This document shows, piece by piece, positions 56,302-64,000 of a stretch of DNA of 64,000 bases. The notes beneath the pieces were generated by a model. It did no database searches, was not told the origin of the DNA, and saw only the letters and a list, made by a program, of their open reading frames with translations. The position numbers and the translations under genes are program-made. The stretch is from Acidobacteriota bacterium (GTDB lineage Bacteria > Acidobacteriota > Thermoanaerobaculia > Multivoradales > JAHZIX01): the NCBI GenBank assembly GCA_039191605.1, contig JBCCXL010000019.1, forward strand, positions 67,102 through 131,101, in the 5' to 3' direction. The number at the start of each line of letters is the position of its first letter. The first letter of the stretch is position 1.

Positions 56302-56829
56302 ATGACCACAACGCCCGTCGCTCCCGATCGCTCCACGGCGGCCCTCCTGGACCTGCTGGAGTCCAGTCATGGGGCAATCTGCCAGACCCTGGAGCGCTTC
56401 GACATCGAGACCGAAGAAGCCGACGAGATTCTCGACGAGCTGGCGATGGTGCTGGCCCACCGCTTCGATCAGCTGAGCGATCCCCGCCGCTGGCTCCTCA
56501 GCACCCTCGAGCGACGCTGCTTGCTCTCTCTCCACCATCGCCGCGAGACCCTAGCGCGGCGCACCGAGCTGGAGATCGAGGAGTGGCTCGACGTGCACCC
56601 AGAAGCCTTGAGGGAACAGCGACACCAGCAGCTCCAGGAGCTCATCGACCGGCTACCGCGGGCCAGCCAGCGAGTGCTGAGACGCCGCTGGCCGCTAGAG
56701 GAAGATATCCCCATCGCAGCGCCCCCTCCCCCCGCCGCCATCGGCCCCTCGGGACGGCGCATCGATCCCATCCTGCGCTGCCTCCACCAGCTGCTGCACA
56801 CCGCCCTCGACCGCTGCGTAGACGCCTAG
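56302..56829 (+). CDS. sigma-70 family ECF-type RNA polymerase sigma factor (divergent)
   Basis: Region 2.4-like DPRRWLLSTLERRCL. Region 4-like LIDRLPRASQRVLRRRW. Family assignment is tentative. Confidence 0.45.
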   Translation: MTTTPVAPDRSTAALLDLLESSHGAICQTLERFDIETEEADEILDELAMVLAHRFDQLSDPRRWLLSTLERRCLLSLHHRRETLARRTELEIEEWLDVHPEALREQRHQQLQELIDRLPRASQRVLRRRWPLEEDIPIAAPPPPAAIGPSGRRIDPILRCLHQLLHTALDRCVDA

Positions 56830-56976
56830 TTCAGCCGAGCGATCCGCCGAACGAGCAGCCCGTCAAGAGAGTAGGCCGAAAGCAAAATCCCTCTCCAGCG
56901 CCAGCGCGCGGGAGAGGGATTTTTCACCGTGGCCGAACGGAGCGCCCCGAGGTTGAGGCAGCTCATCCAGCGGCTG

Positions 56977-59441
56977 TTATTGACGCAACACCGACCAGGG
57001 ATCTACCTGGGTCGCCCGCCGCGCCGGGATAAAGCTGGCAAAGATGCTCAGCAGGGCGAGAGTGAGGCAGACGGTGAGCACCACCGGCAGGTCCGATGGA
57101 GACACTTCGAAGAGCATCGCAGCGAGGAAGCTCGAGGCCATCTGCAGCACGCCGAAGGTGAGCACCAGGCCGATGCCCACCCCCACCAGGCCGAGAATCG
57201 CGCCTTCTTTCAGCACCAGGCCCAGCACATCCGACTGTCGGGCGCCGAGAGCCATGCGCAGGCCCAGCTCCTTCACCCGGCGGGTGACGGCGTAAGAGAT
57301 CACGCCGTAGATGCCCACCGCGGCGAGCACCAGGGCCACCACCGCCAGCAGCGCCATCAGCCACATCCAGGCTCGCGGCTGCTTCACGCTGCCGTCGATC
57401 AGCTCTTTCGCGGTCCTGATGTTGCCCACCGCAAGCTCCGGATCGATGCTGCGAATGGCGTCCACCGCCGGCTTCGAGACGGCGTGGGGAGTGCCGTCGG
57501 TCTCGATGACGAAGGTCGCCATGCGCCACACGCTCTGGTAAGTCGGGAAGTAGAGCTCCGGCTCGGCCTCTTTGTCGAGACCGTTCTGGCGCACGCTGGC
57601 CACCACGCCGACCACTTCCCGCTCCCCCGGAGGCAGCATACCGCCGGGGCCGAAGTTGACCTCCAGCTGCACCCGCTCCCCCACCGGATCCTGGTTCGGC
57701 CAGTAGCGCTGAGCGGCGGCTTCGTTGATCAACACCACGCCGGGAGCTTCCGCGTTATCCCGCTCCTCGAGCTCGCGACCGCGAAGCAAGGGGATTCCCA
57801 GGGTACGGAAATAGCCCGGGGTGATGGCCTGCACCAGCACCGGCTTGCGGTCGTCGGGACCGTTGGCCGCCTGGCCGACGATCTGCATCCCGGCGGTGCC
57901 GCCATCGCTGGTCAGCGGCAGCTTCCAGGTGGTGGCCGCCGAGCGCACCCCCGGAAGAGTGCGAATCTCCTCCAGCGAGCGCTGGAAGAAGGCGGTGGTC
58001 TGGTGCGGCTGGGGGTAGCGGATGGGAGGGAGGTGAACCTCCATGGTGAGAACGTTCTTCGGGGTGAATCCGGGATCCACCGAGAGGAGCTGGGAGAAGC
58101 TCTTGATCAGCAGACCGGCGCCGACCAACAGGGTCAGAGCGACGGCGATCTGCATCACGACCAGAAAGCGACGCATGCGAACGCCGCGGGCAGTGCTCTT
58201 ACTCATGATTAGGCTCCGTCCTTGAGAGCTTCGTTGAGGTTCTGCTGGGTGAATTGATAGGCCGGCGCCAGGCCGAAGAGAATGCCGCTCACCAGGCTCA
58301 CTCCGGCGGCGAAGAAGAGCACGAAGGAGTCGAGGCGAATCTCGTTGACCCGAGGCAGCTGGCTCTGCACCATCGGCAGCAGGGATTCCAGCGCGAACCA
58401 GGCGAGGATCAGGCCGAAGGTGCCTCCGACCAGCCCCAGCAGCATGCTCTCGGTGAGGAATTGGCGCAGCAGCCGAATCGGACCGGCGCCCACCGCCATG
58501 CGGATGGCGGTCTCCGCCCGCCGAGTGCTGGACTTCGCCAGCATTAGGTTAGCGACGTTGGAGCAGGCGATGAGCAGCACCAGGCCGACGGCGCCCCAGA
58601 GCACCAGCAGCGCCGGGCGAACGTCGCCGACGATCTTGTTCTCCAGGGGAGTCAGCCAGACGCCACGCCCCTCGGAGGTCGCCGGATAGCGGCCCTCGAA
58701 GGCCCGGGCGAGGCTATCCATGCCGTCTTGGGCGCCCTGTAGCGAGGTATCCGCCTTGATCCGCGCCACCACGCTGAGGAAGTTGAAGTTGCGGGGCGCC
58801 ACGGTGGCCGGAATGGCCCCGGGGTTCCACACTTCGGTGCCGTCGGGGAAGTCGAAGCCCGGCGGCGCGATGCCGATGATCTCGGCCTGATTGCCGTCTA
58901 CCTTGAAGGTCTTGCCGATGGCGTCGTGGGAGCCGCCGAACCAGCGCTGCCACAGGCCGTAGCTGATCACCGCGACGCCGTTGCGGCCGGGCTGATCCTC
59001 TTCCATGGTGAAGCCTCGGCCGTAGAGGGGTTGAACGCCCATAACGTCGAAGAACTCCCCAGAAACCGAGGTCGCCACCAGTCGCTCAGGCTCCGCGACT
59101 CCGGTGGTGGTGGACTGGAAGGGGAAGTAATAGGACATCCCGGAGAACACCTTGTTCTCGTCGCGCCAGTCGTAGAAGTTCGGTGCCGAGACCGGCAGCA
59201 GACCGGGAGCATCCCGGCCCGCGATCACCAGGTTGCCTTCTTCCATCAGGCGTTCGGACACCGTCACCAGCTGATGGGGCTGGTCATAGGGTAGAGGCTG
59301 AATCAGCACTCCCTTGACGATGGAGAAGATCGCCGTATTGGCGCCGATACCGAGAGCCAGGCTGAGCACCGCTATGGCGGTGAAGCCCGGCGAACGCAAC
59401 AGCATTCGCGTGCTGTATTTCAGATCTTGGGTCCAGGACAT
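56977..59441 (-). pseudogene. acidobacterial duplicated (ADOP-type) MacB/FtsX permease split into two ORFs (58209..59441 N-terminal half, 56977..58206 C-terminal half) by a 1-nt frameshift at about 58207
   Basis: The upstream ORF ends ...[13 protein letters not shown]. The downstream ORF starts 2 nt later with MSKSTARGVRMRRFLVVMQIAVALTLLVGAGLLIKSF, which is the usual mid-protein linker of a single ADOP polypeptide. Both halves have MacB_PCD-like and FtsX (4 TM) parts. The RBS aggaggga precedes ATG 59441. Confidence 0.5.
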
Positions 59442-59496
59442 AGTGGAGTCCTCCCTCCTCGTCCTCTCCCCGCGAGGCAACGCCTCGGGGGCTTCG

Positions 59497-62010
59497 TCAT
59501 TCCTCGTGGGACTCCGCCGCCGCCACCTGTTGGTGCTGGGACGGAGCGTGATGATGATGGTGCTCGTCGTGGGCCCCCGGCGCGTCGCCGCGGGGGAAGG
59601 TATAGCGGGGCAGGTCTTCCGGCAGGGCGATGCCGATGCCCTGATGGATGCGGTAGGCCCCGCCGGGCTCAGCGCCCGTGAAGATCTCTGCGCTGCCGCC
59701 ACCGGACCAGGTCACGGTGATGGACTCCACCGACTCCGCATCTCCGAGGCCGATGTTCTGGCGTAGCGGTGAGGCGCCGAAGGTACCGCCGGAACCCACC
59801 GTGGCGTAGATCGAGCGACTGGAGCCATTCGGGCGCTTGACCTGGACCTCGATTCGGCTACCGATGGCGGAACGCGGCGCGCTGGTGCCCTGCAGGAACA
59901 GGGTGATGGTGGAATTCTCGATGCCCGGGTTCTCGAACAGGGCGTTCTGGTAGACGTCGCCGGAGTAGGCGCCGCCGAGGACGGCGTAGACGTCCTGGTC
60001 GCCGTCGTTATCGAAGTCCGCAAAGGCGATGCCGTGGCCCTTCTGCAGGTGCCCGAAGCCACCGGCGGTGGTGATGTCCCGGAACACTCCGCGGTCGTTG
60101 CGGAACATGCGGTTCGGCACCAGGGTGGAGAGGGCCGGCTCGCCGGTGCCGAAGTAGGCATCCATGTAGCCGTCGCCGTCGAGGTCTCCGAAGTTCGCCG
60201 CCATCGCCAGCAGCGGGCGGGCGAGGCCGCTGAGCACGGTGGCGTCCTCGAAGCGGCCGTTACCGAGATTGCGGTAGAGACGGGGCTGTTCCCCCTTCTG
60301 GGGCAGGCCGAGGTAATCCGCGGCGATGGTCGGCAGGCTGTTGGCGACGAAGCCGAGGAAGGGGGCTACCAGCAGATCTTCGAAGCCGTCGTTGTCGTAA
60401 TCGAAGAACCAGGTGGCGAAGCTCATCTTCGGCTCGGCGACGCCGGCGGAAGCGGTGATGTCCTCAAAGCGGGGAATGCCGTCTTCCCCGGGACCGAGAT
60501 TGCGGTACATCACGTTCGGCATGCCGAAGCGGGAGAGGTAGAGATCCGGCAGGCCATCGTTGTCGATGTCGCCGAAAGTCGCTCCCTTGACGAAGCCCGG
60601 AGCGGCCACCCCGGCGGGGCCGGCGGCCTCGGTGAAGGTACCGTCACCGTTGTTGAGGTAGAGCTCGCAGAGGTGGAAAGTCGGCGCGTCTGGCGGTCCG
60701 AAGCTCTCGTTGCCGATGAAGAGGTCGAGGTCGCCGTCGGCATCTACGTCCGCCCAGTCGGCGGTCTGAGTGGGGTGCTCCGAGTCCAGCCCGGCGGCGG
60801 CGGTGACGTCCTCGAAGGTGCCGTCGCCGCGGTTGCGCAGCAGGGAGTTCGGCACGTTGCCCTGCTCGAAGATCCCCAGCCACGCTCCCCGCAGCACCAT
60901 GGCGTCGGTGTGGCCATCGTTGTCGAAGTCCGTCTGGATCAGGTTCAGGCCACCGATGAGCCCTTCCAGGCCCGCGGCCTCGGTGCGCTCTTCAAAGGTG
61001 CCGTCCCCCTTCGCCTGGAAATAGCGCAGCGGGTCCGAGGGGCCCCAGGAGGAGACCATCACGTCCAGCAGGCCGTCGCCGTTGAAGTCCTCGGCGATGG
61101 AGCCACCGGCCAGGCCGATGGCCGCCACGCCGGCGGCGGGGGCGACGTCGGTGAAGCGGGGGAACTTCTCGTCGGATTCGAAATGGCTCGGCTGAATGCG
61201 CCACTTCGCCGGCACCCCGTGGGGGTAGGAACCGAGGGTCATGTGGGCGATGTTCAGCAGCCAGGCGAGCTCGAGATTCCGCTGGTCGAAGGTCAGCAGC
61301 TGCTGGAGCTCCTGGGCCGCGGCCTTGGATCCGCGCTGCACCTTGTGGATTCCGGCACCGCTGATGGGCAGCAGGCAGCTCTCCGCGGTATGGCCCTGAA
61401 TGCAGTTGTCCTGCTCTCCCTGGCGTAGATAGGCCACCGCCAGGCTGCGCTGGATCTTGGGCTTCGCGTGGCTGGCGTCGAGGGCGTCCTCGCTGGAGCG
61501 CGCCGCCTCTAGAACTTCCTGCAGCACCTCGATGGCCCGCTGCGTATGGCCGGCGTTGAGCAGCTCCTCGCCCCACAGGCGACCGAGCTTGAGCTTCTCG
61601 TCGGGATCCTCTTCCTCCTTGTAGCGCTTCTCGTAGAGGTCCGCCCGGGGGCCGTTGAGAATCACGTTGGTCGAAGGATCGAAGGTCTCGACGATGGACG
61701 CTAGGCGGCTCGCCATGGCCCGAGTCGACGGAGCCGGCGTCTCGTGGACCGGCATCGCGGCCTCAGCGCCGGGGCCGTGGCAGGACATCGGCTCGGCGCC
61801 CTCCTCCACCGCATCGGCGGCGGAGGGCATCCCCGGCGCCGCCGCCAGCAGCATAACCAGCGCCGCCACCGCGGAGCGCCGTGCTCCCCGCCGACGGAGG
61901 ACGAGACCGAGGCGACGGCCGAACGAAGACGAGGGATGGGCTCCGCTGAGCATGGGGGATCCTCCTGAAGGCGTCGAGGGGTCAGAATTCACGGGGTTGG
62001 CTCGGCTCAT
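59497..62010 (-). CDS. CRTAC1-family protein (TPR-like N-terminal region + FG-GAP repeats + ASPIC/UnbV domain), C-terminal His-rich tail
   Basis: FG-GAP repeats ([67 protein letters not shown]). UnbV-like C terminus. Start ATG 62010 overlaps the upstream stop (TGATG). Confidence 0.75.
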   Translation of the reverse strand: MSRANPVNSDPSTPSGGSPMLSGAHPSSSFGRRLGLVLRRRGARRSAVAALVMLLAAAPGMPSAADAVEEGAEPMSCHGPGAEAAMPVHETPAPSTRAMASRLASIVETFDPSTNVILNGPRADLYEKRYKEEEDPDEKLKLGRLWGEELLNAGHTQRAIEVLQEVLEAARSSEDALDASHAKPKIQRSLAVAYLRQGEQDNCIQGHTAESCLLPISGAGIHKVQRGSKAAAQELQQLLTFDQRNLELAWLLNIAHMTLGSYPHGVPAKWRIQPSHFESDEKFPRFTDVAPAAGVAAIGLAGGSIAEDFNGDGLLDVMVSSWGPSDPLRYFQAKGDGTFEERTEAAGLEGLIGGLNLIQTDFDNDGHTDAMVLRGAWLGIFEQGNVPNSLLRNRGDGTFEDVTAAAGLDSEHPTQTADWADVDADGDLDLFIGNESFGPPDAPTFHLCELYLNNGDGTFTEAAGPAGVAAPGFVKGATFGDIDNDGLPDLYLSRFGMPNVMYRNLGPGEDGIPRFEDITASAGVAEPKMSFATWFFDYDNDGFEDLLVAPFLGFVANSLPTIAADYLGLPQKGEQPRLYRNLGNGRFEDATVLSGLARPLLAMAANFGDLDGDGYMDAYFGTGEPALSTLVPNRMFRNDRGVFRDITTAGGFGHLQKGHGIAFADFDNDGDQDVYAVLGGAYSGDVYQNALFENPGIENSTITLFLQGTSAPRSAIGSRIEVQVKRPNGSSRSIYATVGSGGTFGASPLRQNIGLGDAESVESITVTWSGGGSAEIFTGAEPGGAYRIHQGIGIALPEDLPRYTFPRGDAPGAHDEHHHHHAPSQHQQVAAAESHEE

Positions 62011-63989
62011 CACTTCGCCTCCGGAGACAGGGCGGGGGCCGGTTCCTCGAAGACCCAATGGGTGAAGGCGGGCAGATTCTCGATTCGCTGTTCGGTGCCG
62101 TTGGGCCAGCGCAGAGTCAGCGACTCCACCGTCTCGGCGCCGCCGAGGCCGACGTGGAGCACCCGGGAGCTCTGGCCAGAGAAGCCGTTGCCGCCGTCCA
62201 CCTCTCGAATCTGCACCAGGCCGCCGGCCTCCACCGTCAGCCGAGTGCCGATGGCGTCGCGGTTGCCGTAGCGCCCCCGCAGCTCCACCTGAATCCACGA
62301 GCGGGGGCTGCCGGCATCGTTGCGGTAGAGGTGGGCCGGCTGGTTGACGTTGGAGACGTACATGTCCAGATCACCGTCGAGGTCGATATCCCCCAGGGCG
62401 ATGCCGCGACCGTCGGTGACGTCCGCCACCCCGGCGCTCTCGGCGCTCTCCTCGAAGTCACCGCTGTTGTTGACGAAGAGCCGGCTGGCCTCGTAGCCCG
62501 AGAGGGAGAGGCCGCGCATGTCCGGCCACCCTCGGATATCCGAGACGTCCCCCTTGTTGAGCTGCCCGGCGCCCTTGAACAGGTCCACCTCACCGTCGGA
62601 GACGTAGCCGTTGACGGTGAAGATGTCCTGATCACCGTCGTGGTCGAAATCCAGGAATTTCGCTCCCCAACCCCAGCCGCCGTCGGCGGAGTTGGTGAAG
62701 CGGGCCATGTTGGTGAACACCATGTCGCCGAGGTTCTGCCACAGCATGTTGCCCTGGGGCATCATCTTGTTGGTGATGTTGGCGACGTAGACGTCGAGAT
62801 TGCCGTCGTTGTCGAAGTCGCCGATGTCTACGTTCATGCCGGCGTCGGTGTCGTCGCCGCCGATGGCTTCCTCACTGATATCCGTGAAGCGGCCGCCGTC
62901 GTTGCGATACACCCGGTCGTAGCCGAAGTCGTTGGCGAGGTAGAGATCCTGGTCGCCGTCGTTGTCGAGGTCGCCGGCCCCCAGCGCCAGCCCCCAGCCC
63001 TCGTCGTCCAGCCCCTGTTCCTCTGCTTCTTCCTGGAATCGGCCGTCGCCGAGATTGCGGTAGAGGTGGTTCGCTCCGCCGTTTCGGGCGGTCTGGAAGT
63101 TGGTCTGCAGAATCTTCGGACCGGGGATATTCCATAGATCCACCGGCGCGAAGTAATTGCCCACCATCAGGTCCAGGAGGCCGTCGCCGTCGTAGTCCAG
63201 GGCCACCACGCCGGCGGAGTTGGCGATCTCGTCGAGACCGGAGCCCTCGGTCACTTCCTTGAAGTGGCCGCCCTCGTTGAACAGCAGCCGGTTGCGGCCG
63301 TATTGGGCAACGAAGAGATCCTGGTCGCCGTCGTTGTCGAAGTCCGCGAAGATCGCGTCCATCGACGCCGACCCGTGCTCGTTGAGGTCCCCGGCGCCGC
63401 TCTCGGCGGCAACGTTGACGAAGCGAACCTGCCCGTCCGCGCCGGGACCGTCGTTGCGCAGCAGGCCATTGAGCTGCCCCGGAGCGCCGGTGAGGGCGTA
63501 GAAATCGACGTCCCCGTCGCCGTCGTAATCCGCCGCGGCGACCCCGGCGTTGATGGAGGTCATCCAGGTCATGATGTGCGCCAGCTTGGGATCCAGCTCC
63601 GCGCGACGGTGGGTGAAGTCGGCCCCGGCGTCGGCGGCGATGTCCACGAAGCCGGCGCTCGCCCCGGCGGCGGCACCAGCGGCCCGCGCCGCGGCTTCCG
63701 CCGCGCTGAGGGAGGGCTCCGGCGAGGCGGTAGCGGTGGCCTCCGGCGCTGGAGTCGGGCTCGCCGAGGCGATCCTCACCGGCTCCTCGTCCCCTGCAGA
63801 AGCGGCGACTTGCCCTTCGGCTGCCACCGCCAAGAGCACCAGCAGCACCAGAGCTTCACCGACGAAGAGCCACCAGCGGGTGCGCTCACGCTTCAACCCA
63901 CTGTGGGATTCGCGATGCTGCCGGGGGACATCAAGATTCCAAAAGGAGGAGGAGCGAGCAGGGAACACCGTCGTGGTCATCATCATCAC
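62010..63989 (-). CDS. CRTAC1-family protein (FG-GAP repeats + ASPIC/UnbV domain), N-terminal TM/signal anchor
   Basis: FG-GAP repeats ([70 protein letters not shown]). UnbV-like ...TVESLTLRWPNGTEQ. The start is within 12 nt of the window edge. Confidence 0.75.
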   Translation of the reverse strand: MMMMTTTVFPARSSSFWNLDVPRQHRESHSGLKRERTRWWLFVGEALVLLVLLAVAAEGQVAASAGDEEPVRIASASPTPAPEATATASPEPSLSAAEAAARAAGAAAGASAGFVDIAADAGADFTHRRAELDPKLAHIMTWMTSINAGVAAADYDGDGDVDFYALTGAPGQLNGLLRNDGPGADGQVRFVNVAAESGAGDLNEHGSASMDAIFADFDNDGDQDLFVAQYGRNRLLFNEGGHFKEVTEGSGLDEIANSAGVVALDYDGDGLLDLMVGNYFAPVDLWNIPGPKILQTNFQTARNGGANHLYRNLGDGRFQEEAEEQGLDDEGWGLALGAGDLDNDGDQDLYLANDFGYDRVYRNDGGRFTDISEEAIGGDDTDAGMNVDIGDFDNDGNLDVYVANITNKMMPQGNMLWQNLGDMVFTNMARFTNSADGGWGWGAKFLDFDHDGDQDIFTVNGYVSDGEVDLFKGAGQLNKGDVSDIRGWPDMRGLSLSGYEASRLFVNNSGDFEESAESAGVADVTDGRGIALGDIDLDGDLDMYVSNVNQPAHLYRNDAGSPRSWIQVELRGRYGNRDAIGTRLTVEAGGLVQIREVDGGNGFSGQSSRVLHVGLGGAETVESLTLRWPNGTEQRIENLPAFTHWVFEEPAPALSPEAK

Positions 63990-64000
63990 CTGAAAAGCTG

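Overview
This is a high-GC (about 68-70%) bacterial chromosomal segment. Gene content points to Acidobacteriota: a vWA protein of the acidobacterial VWFA-related type, a duplicated MacB/FtsX 'ADOP'-type permease, and three CRTAC1-like FG-GAP/ASPIC proteins. I saw no rRNA, tRNA, CRISPR array, transposase or integrase.

The best-supported part is a conserved core. This is a minus-strand rplU-rpmA-obg-nadD-rsfS operon that continues without a break into a sigma-54 activator, and a gcvT-gcvH-gcvPA-gcvPB glycine-cleavage cluster. Around these are an M43 metalloprotease, a vWA protein, an S9/DPP-IV peptidase, an Hsp20, an Opp/Dpp-type ABC binding protein with two permeases, an MFS transporter, queA, a phoB/phoR-like two-component pair, a HEAT-repeat/cyclophilin fusion, a LOG-family protein and two DinB-type proteins.

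The more unusual observations are these:
- Short perfect tandem DNA repeats of 6, 14, 15, 18, 22 and 34 bp occur at 10 loci (11 arrays; two adjacent 14-bp arrays share one spacer). Three of them sit in-frame inside the basic n-region of signal or lipoprotein signal peptides.
- An AT-rich mini-locus encodes a small secreted Cys-containing peptide with its own promoter and palindromic operator. It lies upstream of a TPR protein and convergent with an XRE HTH regulator. I rank this as the best candidate for an undescribed signalling-type system here.
- The sigma-54 activator has substitutions at both the Walker A lysine and the Walker B glutamate, so it is probably ATPase-dead. It lies next to a DUF4097 'toastrack' lipoprotein.
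- Three other enzymes carry substitutions at canonical catalytic residues.
- The ADOP permease is split by a 1-nt frameshift.

All calls rest on reading the sequence and on family motifs from memory. No database search was possible.
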